32,000 bases of DNA from assembly GCF_000196355.1 (NCBI RefSeq), contig NC_007614.1, positions 1,350,001 through 1,382,000 on the forward strand. Reading direction: 5' to 3'. This document shows positions 17,301-25,884 of the stretch, in pieces; the stretch's first letter is position 1; each line of letters begins with the position of its first letter. The position numbers and the translations under genes were made by a program. The DNA comes from Nitrosospira multiformis ATCC 25196 (GTDB lineage: Bacteria; Pseudomonadota; Gammaproteobacteria; Burkholderiales; Nitrosomonadaceae). The notes beneath the pieces were generated by a model that saw only the letters and a program-made list of their open reading frames with translations, was not told where the DNA came from and did no database searches.

Positions 17301-20300
17301 GTAGCAGCAGGCGCAGGAATGATGGTCGTTGCTCCCGTGGCCTTGATTTCGGCCTTGCCCATACTGCTTTTGTGGGGAGCGGCGCCATTTATTGCCTGGT
17401 GGATAAGCCAACCTCTTCCGCTGCGCAGCACCGAGTTAAACAAGGGGCAAATCCACTTTTTACGTCAGACTTCGCGCCGTACGTGGTATTTCTTCGAAAA
17501 TTTCGTCAATTCCGAGAATAACTGGCTGCCGCCTGATAATTTTCAGGAGCACCCGGTACCGACTGTCGCCCACAGGACCTCGCCAACCAACATGGGATTG
17601 GCACTGCTTGCAAATGTGACTGCCTATGACTTCGGCTATATTGGCCCGTTGCAACTCATCGAAAGGACCCGAAATACCCTCGAATCGATGGAAACCCTGG
17701 AACGGCATGCCGGTCATTTTTACAATTGGTACGATACGCAGACAAAAACTCCCCTGACACGATACGTATCGAGCGTGGACAGCGGTAATCTCGCAGGCCA
17801 CCTATTGACATTGCGTGTCGCGTTAATGGCAATAGCAGATAGGCCGATCGTACACGAAGAGTTATTTCAGGCGCTTGCCGACACTCTGCAGATTCTCGAA
17901 AGTACTCCTGGTTCCGAGGCTGCCAGTACACCCTTATCACAATTCGGGAAAGCGCTGAGGCTCGCAAGGGAAAACTCTCCACACGCACCTTTCAGCCTGC
18001 ATGCCGAACTCGATCGACTGACTGCGTTTTCCAGGGAAATCATGCATGAGATCGAGAAAGCACGACGTGCTTCAACCGGACAGGAACCCCTTGAATGGGC
18101 GAGGGCATTAAACCGGCAATGTGAGCTCGCCCTAACCGAACTTGCCCACTTCATGCCGTCTGCAGCACTGGAGGACCGCAACACGCCCGCGGAGATCCCC
18201 TCTTTGCGACAACTTGCCCATCAAGGTGGAGAGGCGGCGCGTGAACATCTGGCTGCTCTCGAACGCCTGGTCTTTCAGGCGGGAGAAATGGCGAAAATGG
18301 AGTATGGCTTCCTGTTCAACCCCGCGCAGCGGCAGCTTGCCATCGGGTACAACGTGGGTGAGCAGCGACGGGACGCCAGCTACTATGACTTGCTGGCCTC
18401 GGAAGCGCGGTTTACCAATTTTGTCGCGATTGCACAGGGCCAGCTGCCGCAGGAAAGCTGGTTTGCGCTGGGACGCATGCTTACAGCTCATGATGGGGAG
18501 ACCGCTCTGCTCTCCTGGAGCGGCTCGATGTTCGAATACCTGATGCCGTTGCTGGTAATGCCCACCTTTGAGAACACGCTTCTTGACCAGACTTGCAAGG
18601 CGGCTGTCAACAGGCAGATTGCCTATGGGCGGGAGCGGGGGGTGCCCTGGGGTATTTCGGAGTCCGGTTACAACGCTGTAGACGTTCAGTTCAATTATCA
18701 GTATCGGGCATTCGGGGTGCCTGGCCTGGGCATCAAGCGCGGCCTGGGAGAAGACCTGGTCATTGCACCTTATGCATCCGCCCTGGCATTGATGATTGCA
18801 CCGGAAGCTGCCTGCCGGAATCTGGAGGAGCTGACCGCTCTGGGGATGATGGGAAAATTCGGCTTTTACGAAGCGTTGGATTATACGCCTTCCCGATTGC
18901 GCCGGGGCGAGACGTACGCGATCGTGCGCTCATTCATGGCTCACCATCAGGGAATGAGCTTTCTTTCGCTTGCATACCTGCTGCTTGACCGGCCCATGCA
19001 GCGGCGGTTCGATTCCGAGCCCATATTCCAGGCAACCATGCTCCTGCTGCAGGAGAGAATTCCCAAAGCCACTGTCATACGTTCTCCCATCGCCGAGCTC
19101 CCCGATGTGCGGGTTATCAAGGAACTTCCGGAAATGCCGATCCGGCTGCTTTCAACCGCCAACACGCCGATTCCGGAGGTGCAGCTTCTCTCCAACGGCC
19201 GGTACCATGTCATGGTGACCAACAGCGGAGCGGGAAGCAGCCGCTGGAAGGATCTGGCCATTACGCGCTGGCGGGAAGATGGAACCTGCGACTACTGGGG
19301 GAATTTCTGTTATTTGCGCGACATTGCAAGCGGTGAGTTCTGGTCGAATACCTATCAGCCTGTGCTGAAAGAGCCAAAGCGCTATGGAGTGGTTTTTTCT
19401 GAAGGAAGGGTCGAGTTCCGCCGACGGGATCTTGATTTCGATACCCATACCGAGATTACCGTATCGCCCGAGGATGATATCGAGCTCCGGCGGGTTCGAA
19501 TCACCAATCGCGCATGGACGCGGCGGGAAATCGAGATCACGTCTTATGCCGAGGTCGTGCTGGCGCCCGCGATTGCCGATGCCCAGGCACCCGCCTTCGG
19601 CAATCTCTTCGTGCAAACGGAAATATTGGCGGACCGGCACGCCATTTTATGCAGCAGGCGTCCTCGTTCCCAAAGCGACCTGGTACCATGGATGTTCCAC
19701 TTGATGACAGTGGACGGGGTCACTCCTGACGCGGCTTCTTATGAAACCAGTCGCATGGCATTCATCGGACGGGGAAACGACGTGTCTGCGCCGGCGGCAA
19801 TGATGGAAGCGGAACCCCTATCCGGCAGTTCGGGTTCAGTGCTCGACCCCGTCGTTGCTATCCGAAAGCGAATGATGCTCGAGCCGGGGGAGTCGGCAAT
19901 CGTGGATATTGTCACGGGTGCGGGAGATTCACGTCACGCGGTCATGCATCTGGTAGAAAAATACCAGGACCAGCATCTGAAAAATCGCGTTTTCGATCTC
20001 GCCTGGACTCATAGCCTCGTTGTCCTGCGCCAACTCAATGCGACTGAAACCGATGCACAGCTTTTTGGGCGAATGGCGGGTTCCATCCTGTATGCAAGTC
20101 CTTATCTGCGCGCCGACGAGGCGCTGCTGAGCAAGAACCGGCAGGGACAATCGGGTTTATGGGGTTATGCCATTTCCGGCGACCTGCCTATTGTATTGCT
20201 GCAGATCACCGATATGGCCAATATCGATCTGGTACGCCAGCTGGTGCAGGCTCATGCCTATTGGCGCGTGAAAGGGATGGCAGTCGATCTGGTCATCTGG

Positions 20301-23042
20301 AACGAAGATCACTCAAGTTACCGCCAGCAACTGCATGATCACATCATGGGGCTTCTGGCCGGGAGTGCGGAAGCTCATGTGCTCGATCGGCCAGGCGGTA
20401 TTTTCATCCGGCGTGGGGAGCAGATTGCTCCGGAAGACCGGATTCTGATGCAGGCCGTGGCGCGCGTGATTATTCTCGACACGAATGGGAAACTGGTCGA
20501 GCAGTTGACGAGCCGCCTTCCGGCCGACCTTCCGCTGCGGCCACACCCCCTGAAACCGGTGCGGCGCTCCAGCCCCGAAAAACCCCCGGTATTGCCGCAA
20601 CGGAATCTATTGTTTAATAACGGTTTTGGTGGTTTTGCTTCCGATGCGCGCGAATACGTCATCACTGTTGGGCAGGAGCAGAGAACCCCGGTTCCCTGGT
20701 CAAATATTCTGGCGAATCCGCAATTCGGGACGGTTATCTCCGAAAGCGGAAATGTTTATACCTGGTGTGAGAATGCCCATGAATACCGGCTGACTCCATG
20801 GCATAACGACCCGGTCTGCGATTCCAGTGGAGAGGCCTACTATCTGCGGGACGAAGAAAGCGGAGATTTCTGGTCACCCGCTCCCCTTCCGAGTCCTGGA
20901 GCCGCTTCCTACGTTACCCGCCACGGATTCGGCTACAGTGTATTCGAACATGCAGGAAAGGGGGTTTTTTCCGAACTCTGGATTTATGTTGCTCGCGACG
21001 TTCCGGTCAAGTTCGTTGTATTGCGGATTCGCAACGATTCCGGCCGGTTCCGGAGACTTTCCGCAACAGGGTACGTGGAGTGGGTGTTAGGAGACCTTCC
21101 CGAGAAGACGCGAATGCATGTGGTCACGGAGATCGATCCGGCAAGCGGGGTGCTGCTTGCGCGCAATCCCTACAATAACGAGTTTTCAAGTCGGGTAGCG
21201 TTTTTCGATGTCGATGACAGAACGCAAAGTGTAACGGGTGACCGGACGGAATTTATCGGGCGCAATGGACGAATGCGAAATCCCGCAGGTATGATTGCTC
21301 AGGATCTTTCGGGCCGGGTAGGAGCGGGACTGGATCCCTGCGGCGCTATCCGTGTTCCTTTTGATTTGCCCGAGGGCGCGACGCGCGAGGTTGTTTTTCG
21401 CCTGGGCGCGGGCCTTCACCGTGAAGCTGCGCTGGAAACCGTCCAGAGGATGCGCGGACTACAAGTGGCACATGATGAACTTGAAAAGGTGCGCCGCTAC
21501 TGGGACCGAACGCTCGGGGGTGTGCAGGTGGAAACCCCTGATCCATCCGTCAACGTGATGGTCAATGGCTGGCTGCTGTATCAGGTAATTGCCTGTCGTC
21601 TCTGGGGGCGCAGCGGATACTACCAATCCGGGGGCGCTTTTGGATTCCGCGATCAATTGCAGGATGTGATGGCGCTGGTTCATGTTGAACCCGCTCTGGT
21701 ACGCGAGCACTTGTTGCGGGCTGCGGCCCGCCAGTTTATCGAAGGGGATGTTCAGCACTGGTGGCATCCTCCGGTGGGCCGCGGTATCAGAAGCCGCTGC
21801 TCGGATGATTACCTCTGGCTGCCGCTGGTTGCTTGTCACTATGTCGTTGCCACCGGGGATACCGGAGTACTGACCGAGACAGTGTCCTTTCTTGAAGGCC
21901 GCCCTGTCGCTCTGGACGAGGAATCATACTATGATTTGCCTGCTCATTCCGCGCAGGTATCCAGTCTGTATGACCATTGTGTTCGCGCCATCACGCATGG
22001 GTTGCGGTTTGGGGAACATGGTCTTCCTTTGATGGGTACAGGGGACTGGAACGATGGGATGAATCTCGTCGGTTTCCATGGCCGGGGTGAAAGCATCTGG
22101 CTCGGTTTTTTCCTGTATGACATTCTCATTCAATTTTCCGATCTCGCTGTCGGGCACGGCGACGCGGCCTTTGCCGAACGATGCAAGAAGGAAGCAGACA
22201 AGCTGGGCAAGAATATCGAACAGCACGGCTGGGATGGAAAGTGGTATCTCCGCGCCTATTTCGACGATGGTTCTCCACTGGGTTCTTCCAGCAATACCGA
22301 ATGCCGCATTGACTCGATCGCGCAAAGCTGGTCGGTTTTATCTCGCGGGGGCTCCCCCCAGCGGCAGCGGGAGGCGATGCAAGCGGTAGATGAACAACTG
22401 GTCCGTCGGGATGCTCGCCTGATTCAGCTTCTCGATCCCCCTTTCGATCACTCAGACCTCGATCCGGGTTATATCAAGGGGTATGTGCCGGGCGTGCGGG
22501 AGAACGGGGGACAATATACGCATGCAGCGATATGGGCAACAATGGCCTTTGCAGTCCTGCGCGATCATAAACGGGCATGGGAACTGCTTTCCATGATCAA
22601 TCCTGTAAATCACGGCCGATCCTTGGAGGCTGTATCGGTTTACAAGACCGAGCCCTATGTCGTCTCAGCCGATGTTTACGCGGTGCTTCCTCATACGGGC
22701 CGGGGGGGATGGTCGTGGTACACAGGTTCCGCCGGTTGGTTATACCGCCTGATGCTGGAAACAATGCTGGGTCTTACAAGGGAAGGGGCGAAACTTCATT
22801 TCAATCCCTGCCTGCCGCAAGACTGGACCAGTTTTACGGTGAAATACCGCTATGGAGAAACCGTCTATCCGATCAGTGTTAACCAGGCAGACATCGATCC
22901 GGACGAGGAGGTCGTTATCGCTGACGGTACCGAGCAGCGCGAGTTGACTCTCAGCCTAGTCGATGACAGAGCCCCTCACAATGTAGAAGTGCGGGTGAGC
23001 CGCTCTCGCGATAGCTCACACAACAATGAGCCCGAGCCATGA
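14325..23042 (+). CDS. ndvB: Cyclic beta-1,2-glucan synthase (NdvB/ChvB/Cgs family: membrane GT84 domain, cyclisation domain, C-terminal GH94-like phosphorylase domain)
   Basis: Uninterrupted 2905-codon ORF. The N-terminus is LPLRSELFGADQMELYG, followed by membrane helices. The GT-A core has VITLDTDTQLP (about 16295-16325) and RHRWIRGDWQ (about 16748-16777). The C-terminal third carries GH94-type motifs FGFRDQLQD (about 21640-21665) and ENGGQYTHAAIW (about 22500-22535). The TTG start at 14325 has GGAGA 9 nt upstream. The first in-frame ATG is codon 45, inside conserved sequence. Confidence 0.93.
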   Translation: MNVKGIPVSELLRPVTARLRNIGKPRIPLNEELPLRSELFGADQMELYGGILAASHELSSARGTDQLLARLDENEATLFNICRVLTEAVMADKLLTPAGEWLYDNFYLVEEQIRIAKRHLPKSYSRELPLLAKGASANLPRVYDIALQAISHGDGRVDTESLRRFVTAYQSVVNLQLGELWAIPIMLRLSLIENLRRVGVHVAAGRADRNLADTWADEIIRVAAKDPKSLVLVIADMARSNPPMTTPFISELVRRLQGQGPTLVLPLTWIEQRLAESNQTIDQLVQLGNQQQAADQVSISNSINSLRSLGAIDWREFVETTSVVEQTLREDPSGIYADMDFASRDHYRHVVERLAKVSPLSEVDVARTALRLAHNPATSTAGENVKEHVGFYLTGDGLADLEEAIKVRWSLHEQFWRTARKYPLFWYLSSIAFVTLGLTSALLVEALEDGANGWLLGLVGILALLAMSQLAVALVNWASPFLVKPHLLPRLDFSSGIPSSFQTLVVVPTMLSRESEVAALVEALEVRFLANQDENVYFGLLTDFMDANQETLPEDDSLLRIARTGIEDLNRKYANHSAGNMIGGMNGAPEASAQKQETRFFLFHRPRRWNPQEGVWMGHERKRGKLADLNALLRGEGREAFSVVVGNTDLLVNIKYVITLDTDTQLPREIVHQFVGAMAHPLNRPRLKRTSGNAVVTEGYGILQPRVAVTLSSTNRSRYAWLFGGEAGIDPYTRVVSDVYQDLFYEGSFIGKGIYDVDAFEQSVCRRFPENRILSHDLLEGCYARAGLLSDVQLYEQFPSRYSADVSRRHRWIRGDWQLASWLLARVPGPGGSNQPNPLSILSRWKLMDNLRRSLVPVALLLLLLVGWLALDNAWFWTLVVIGTVIIPSAITMASDLLKRQGDAPLRAHVITTLRTGGRHFAQNLFGLVCLPYEAYFSLDAILRTHVRLLLTHRRLLEWTPSHLAEREYDSTNRWGGVGASFRSMWIAPATAVAAGAGMMVVAPVALISALPILLLWGAAPFIAWWISQPLPLRSTELNKGQIHFLRQTSRRTWYFFENFVNSENNWLPPDNFQEHPVPTVAHRTSPTNMGLALLANVTAYDFGYIGPLQLIERTRNTLESMETLERHAGHFYNWYDTQTKTPLTRYVSSVDSGNLAGHLLTLRVALMAIADRPIVHEELFQALADTLQILESTPGSEAASTPLSQFGKALRLARENSPHAPFSLHAELDRLTAFSREIMHEIEKARRASTGQEPLEWARALNRQCELALTELAHFMPSAALEDRNTPAEIPSLRQLAHQGGEAAREHLAALERLVFQAGEMAKMEYGFLFNPAQRQLAIGYNVGEQRRDASYYDLLASEARFTNFVAIAQGQLPQESWFALGRMLTAHDGETALLSWSGSMFEYLMPLLVMPTFENTLLDQTCKAAVNRQIAYGRERGVPWGISESGYNAVDVQFNYQYRAFGVPGLGIKRGLGEDLVIAPYASALALMIAPEAACRNLEELTALGMMGKFGFYEALDYTPSRLRRGETYAIVRSFMAHHQGMSFLSLAYLLLDRPMQRRFDSEPIFQATMLLLQERIPKATVIRSPIAELPDVRVIKELPEMPIRLLSTANTPIPEVQLLSNGRYHVMVTNSGAGSSRWKDLAITRWREDGTCDYWGNFCYLRDIASGEFWSNTYQPVLKEPKRYGVVFSEGRVEFRRRDLDFDTHTEITVSPEDDIELRRVRITNRAWTRREIEITSYAEVVLAPAIADAQAPAFGNLFVQTEILADRHAILCSRRPRSQSDLVPWMFHLMTVDGVTPDAASYETSRMAFIGRGNDVSAPAAMMEAEPLSGSSGSVLDPVVAIRKRMMLEPGESAIVDIVTGAGDSRHAVMHLVEKYQDQHLKNRVFDLAWTHSLVVLRQLNATETDAQLFGRMAGSILYASPYLRADEALLSKNRQGQSGLWGYAISGDLPIVLLQITDMANIDLVRQLVQAHAYWRVKGMAVDLVIWNEDHSSYRQQLHDHIMGLLAGSAEAHVLDRPGGIFIRRGEQIAPEDRILMQAVARVIILDTNGKLVEQLTSRLPADLPLRPHPLKPVRRSSPEKPPVLPQRNLLFNNGFGGFASDAREYVITVGQEQRTPVPWSNILANPQFGTVISESGNVYTWCENAHEYRLTPWHNDPVCDSSGEAYYLRDEESGDFWSPAPLPSPGAASYVTRHGFGYSVFEHAGKGVFSELWIYVARDVPVKFVVLRIRNDSGRFRRLSATGYVEWVLGDLPEKTRMHVVTEIDPASGVLLARNPYNNEFSSRVAFFDVDDRTQSVTGDRTEFIGRNGRMRNPAGMIAQDLSGRVGAGLDPCGAIRVPFDLPEGATREVVFRLGAGLHREAALETVQRMRGLQVAHDELEKVRRYWDRTLGGVQVETPDPSVNVMVNGWLLYQVIACRLWGRSGYYQSGGAFGFRDQLQDVMALVHVEPALVREHLLRAAARQFIEGDVQHWWHPPVGRGIRSRCSDDYLWLPLVACHYVVATGDTGVLTETVSFLEGRPVALDEESYYDLPAHSAQVSSLYDHCVRAITHGLRFGEHGLPLMGTGDWNDGMNLVGFHGRGESIWLGFFLYDILIQFSDLAVGHGDAAFAERCKKEADKLGKNIEQHGWDGKWYLRAYFDDGSPLGSSSNTECRIDSIAQSWSVLSRGGSPQRQREAMQAVDEQLVRRDARLIQLLDPPFDHSDLDPGYIKGYVPGVRENGGQYTHAAIWATMAFAVLRDHKRAWELLSMINPVNHGRSLEAVSVYKTEPYVVSADVYAVLPHTGRGGWSWYTGSAGWLYRLMLETMLGLTREGAKLHFNPCLPQDWTSFTVKYRYGETVYPISVNQADIDPDEEVVIADGTEQRELTLSLVDDRAPHNVEVRVSRSRDSSHNNEPEP

Positions 23043-23051
23043 GCCCGAGCC
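23026..23051. repeat. Perfect 13-bp tandem duplication (ATGAGCCCGAGCC x2) spanning the glucan synthase stop codon
   Basis: Unit 1 is 23026-23038 and unit 2 is 23039-23051, and they are identical. The in-frame TGA (23040-23042) lies inside unit 2. The same TGA in unit 1 is out of frame. Confidence 0.95.
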
Positions 23052-23184
23052 GTTGAATATGTGCCACGTCGCCTCTGGATTATCGATTTATGCCACTTTA
23101 CTCCGCGCATGGGTAGTAAGGGCTGGATCGGGTTGAGCGAGATGGAGTTCCCTTCCCGAGAGTCCAATCTTGCTCAAGCCCAGA

Positions 23185-23784
23185 TTATAGGGAATGACCA
23201 GGAGCGTGAGCGGAACGAGACGGAAGCCGACAAGGGGCGTCGTCAGGAGGAGAATGGGCGAATATGCGTGGGGAAATCCTGGCAGCCGGAGTAGAGGGAG
23301 CTTTTATTGGCGTGCCTTGTCTTGCTGACGGATGCGCCCCAGGCATGGGGGAGTGGATAAACCCGCTTGTCAGGGCGCGGGTATAACGCTGGAGTAGATA
23401 ACGCAGAGGGCTTCCCAACTCAAACTCGCTTCTCAGGCTTGCGGCACTGAGGCGATAAGCGTAGCCCGCGGTTGCCACCAGAGCCTGAGTCGGCGCGATC
23501 TTTCTCCCCATCAGCATGGAAATACCGAATACCCCTTCCTTGCCGATAGCGGCAATTTTTACCGTCTCTCCTTTATCGGAAACAGTAAGCAGGGAAATGA
23601 CGCTGCTGGTGGGGAAATACACCAGGTCCAGCTCGCCCCCGTTTTCATAGACCGGCCAGCCTTGTGAGAGTGCGACAAGTTCAAGGGAAGGTTGCAAACG
23701 TTCATAATCCTTTTGAGGGAGAGCCGCTAACAAAAGATTTTGACTGTGAGAAAGGTTTTGCGTGGGAGTAAGAATATGTGACAT
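23185..23784 (-). pseudogene. Crp/Fnr-family regulator pseudogene (cNMP-binding domain retained, HTH domain lost by frameshift or decay)
   Basis: Residues 1-140 align by eye, with many identical positions, to the intact paralogue at 12911..13633 (LLAALP..ERL.P.LELV; VYFPTS.ISL; GKEGVFGIS; TAGYAYRL; LLQRYTRAL). After ...RYTRALT the frame becomes Pro/Ser/Ala/Arg-rich nonsense with no HTH. Weak HTH-like fragments appear in other frames down to about 23060. Confidence 0.7.
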
Positions 23785-23917
23785 GTGTTCCTCACTATTC
23801 GGCGGTCCAATAAAAATTTTTCCTTTGTTCTTCGAAAGAGATTACCTGTCAATTTACACCGCGGTATGTGCGGTGCCAGACAGACATGTGCTTTGAAAAA
23901 AGAAAAAATCGGTTATG

Positions 23918-23929
23918 CTCGTGCACGAG
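23918..23929. promoter_or_regulatory. Perfect 12-bp palindrome CTCGTGCACGAG in the divergent region between the Crp pseudogene and the DUF883 gene
   Basis: Self-complementary as read. It lies 53 bp upstream of the DUF883 ATG at 23982. Confidence 0.3.
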
Positions 23930-23981
23930 ATAAGGAATGTTCGATTTGATTTACTCTATTCACAGCTCATAGGAGGTTGTA

Positions 23982-24296
23982 ATGGTTAGAACCGGCAGGG
24001 GAAGCAAAGAAAAACTCATCAAAGATTTCCGTTCGGTTATTGCTGACACAGAAGAATTAATGAAGCTCGTAAGCAACGAGGGGGAAGGCAAGGCGCAAAT
24101 GGTGCGGGACAAGCTTAACCAGAACCTGAATGTAGCCAAGGAATATTTACGTAATTTTGAGGATGTGGTGGTGGATAAATCCAGAGTCGCCGCACGTGCT
24201 ACTGATGAATACGTACATGAGAATGCATGGCAGACGGTCGGGCTGGCGATTGCCGTGGGGATCCTGGTCGGGTATTTGATAAGCCCGCGCGATTAG
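23982..24296 (+). CDS. DUF883 / ElaB-YqjD-YgaM family membrane-anchored, ribosome-associated stress protein
   Basis: 104 aa. A hydrophilic coiled-coil N-terminal part (KDFRSVIADTEELMK...) is followed by ENAWQTVGLAIAVGILVGYLI, a single C-terminal TM anchor. This is the family architecture. AGGAGG lies 5 nt upstream of the ATG. Confidence 0.85.
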   Translation: MVRTGRGSKEKLIKDFRSVIADTEELMKLVSNEGEGKAQMVRDKLNQNLNVAKEYLRNFEDVVVDKSRVAARATDEYVHENAWQTVGLAIAVGILVGYLISPRD

Positions 24297-24440
24297 CCAG
24301 GAACTGTGATGGAGAAGCGGGGGCAAGGGAAAAGGATCGATGATATTCGCCAGGAAAAGCATCCTGAAAACCATCCCGCTGTTTAGGCGACATTTGGTGC
24401 TCCCTTAAAAAAACGATCTCTGAGCCAAGGAGGACTGACA

Positions 24441-25454
24441 ATGAAAATATCAACAACAGTTGTCGCACTTGTCGTGTTGCTGTCTGGCGGAAGCGCCGGT
24501 GCTGCTTCCCCTTTCAGCAGTCTTATCGTATTCGGAGACAGCCTGTCCGATGTGGGAGACAATCCTTCCGGCGTCAACAGTCTTTACAAAGAGCTCGGCG
24601 GTAATTGCGATCCCTTGCATCCCTGCCTGCCATCACAACTTGGGCCGTCGTATGATGGTGGCCGCTTCTCCAACGGGCCCGTCGCCTCGGAGTATCTGGC
24701 GAAAAACCTCTTTCCCGCCGGCGTAAATACGGCTAATTTTCAGGGCTATGCCGTCGCGGGTGCGACGTCGGGTAACCACAACGTCGGTAATGATGCTGAT
24801 CCAACAGGAATATTGAACTTGCCGGGCATGCAGCAGGAGGTGAATCTCTACCTGAGTAATGCAGGCGGAGCAGCAGATCCAAACGCGTTGTACTTCGTAT
24901 GGGGCGGAAGCAATGATTATCTTATCCATGATTCTCCCGTTCAGGCCGCCCGAAACATAGGAAGTTATGTGAATGTGCTTGCAGCGGCGGGAGCGAGGAA
25001 TTTTCTTGTGCCAAACCTGCCTGATCTCGGTCTTACCCCATCCGCCAGGATGGATAACGAAGTGTCGCTGGCGCACGACTATTCCGTAGTGTTCAATACG
25101 GAATTGGCGAGTCAGCTCGGAAGTCTCGATGGCACTTTTCCAGGGTTAAACATACAGCGCTTCGACACCTTCTCGTTATTGAACGATGTCGTCCAGAATC
25201 CGATGAACTATGGACTTACCGATGTGACCAATCCGTGTTTCACCCTGCTGGGGGTTACATGCGACAATCCCGAGGTACGTCTCTTCTGGGATGATTTTCA
25301 TCCCACCACCAACGCTCACGCGATTCTCGGTGCGGCTTTCGCGGCTGCAGTGCCGGAACCAGCAACGATCTTTATGTTCATGCTTGGCCTGCTGGTGCTT
25401 GCCTCCACAGCAGGCAGGAGACAAAAAACCATGCCGGCGCGGCGGCAGGTATAA
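24441..25454 (+). CDS. Secreted SGNH/GDSL-family lipase/esterase with C-terminal PEP-CTERM exosortase sorting signal
   Basis: The signal peptide is MKISTTVVALVVLLSGGSAGAA. Block I is LIVFGDSLSDVGDN (catalytic Ser), block III is VWGGSNDY and block V is WDDFHPTTNAH (DxxH). The C-terminus is VPEP-ATIFMFMLGLLVLASTAG-RRQK, which is PEP motif, TM helix and basic cluster (nt 25350-25451). AAGGAGG lies upstream of the ATG. Confidence 0.88.
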   Translation: MKISTTVVALVVLLSGGSAGAASPFSSLIVFGDSLSDVGDNPSGVNSLYKELGGNCDPLHPCLPSQLGPSYDGGRFSNGPVASEYLAKNLFPAGVNTANFQGYAVAGATSGNHNVGNDADPTGILNLPGMQQEVNLYLSNAGGAADPNALYFVWGGSNDYLIHDSPVQAARNIGSYVNVLAAAGARNFLVPNLPDLGLTPSARMDNEVSLAHDYSVVFNTELASQLGSLDGTFPGLNIQRFDTFSLLNDVVQNPMNYGLTDVTNPCFTLLGVTCDNPEVRLFWDDFHPTTNAHAILGAAFAAAVPEPATIFMFMLGLLVLASTAGRRQKTMPARRQV

Positions 25455-25521
25455 GTGCAGATGTCGAAGTGATAGAGGTGAGGATATTGCCTGAAACGGT
25501 TTCCACGATATTTCCGTTCCC

Positions 25522-25827
25522 ATGCTGGTGACATTCAAGACTTCTGCCCATGCTGACATCATCATGTTCGGTGACGTTGCAAAACAGTTGCTGAAGATGA
25601 TGGGGCATAGTGGGACCATACCCAGTGCGATGGTGGCGGATGAAGTACCTGCAGCGCTCGAGCGTCTGAAGCATGCCGTCGAGGCGGAAAGAGCGGAAGA
25701 GGCAAAGCCCCGGGACAATGCCGAACAGGCTGATGACCAGAGTGTGAGCCTGAAGTATCGCGCCTTACCACTGATTGAACTGCTCTCCGCAGCAGTCCGG
25801 AAGCACTGTGACGTGATGTGGGAATAA
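25522..25827 (+). CDS. DUF1840 domain-containing protein
   Basis: 101 aa. The N-terminus MLVTFKTSAHADIIMFGDVAKQLLKMMG, the acidic middle and the C-terminal SLKYRALPLIELLSAAVRKHCDVMW match my recollection of the DUF1840 family pattern. There is no obvious SD. Confidence 0.6.
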   Translation: MLVTFKTSAHADIIMFGDVAKQLLKMMGHSGTIPSAMVADEVPAALERLKHAVEAERAEEAKPRDNAEQADDQSVSLKYRALPLIELLSAAVRKHCDVMWE

Positions 25828-25884
25828 GACCTGGGAAGGACTGAACAAAATCCCTCGCGGAAGATAACCAGGAGGCGCGCCCCG

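Noticed and set aside
19485-19500. GGTTCGAATC, a tRNA T-arm-like motif.
   Set aside because: It is embedded in the continuous glucan synthase reading frame with no surrounding cloverleaf complementarity. No tRNA, rRNA or tmRNA gene was found anywhere in the window.
24297-24440. Short ORF after the DUF883 gene (MMEKRGQGKRIDDIRQEKHPENHPAV), considered as a possible YqjE-like operon partner.
   Set aside because: At 26 aa, hydrophilic and without a TM helix, it does not resemble YqjE/DUF1469 membrane partners. It is likely non-coding spacer ahead of the lipase RBS.
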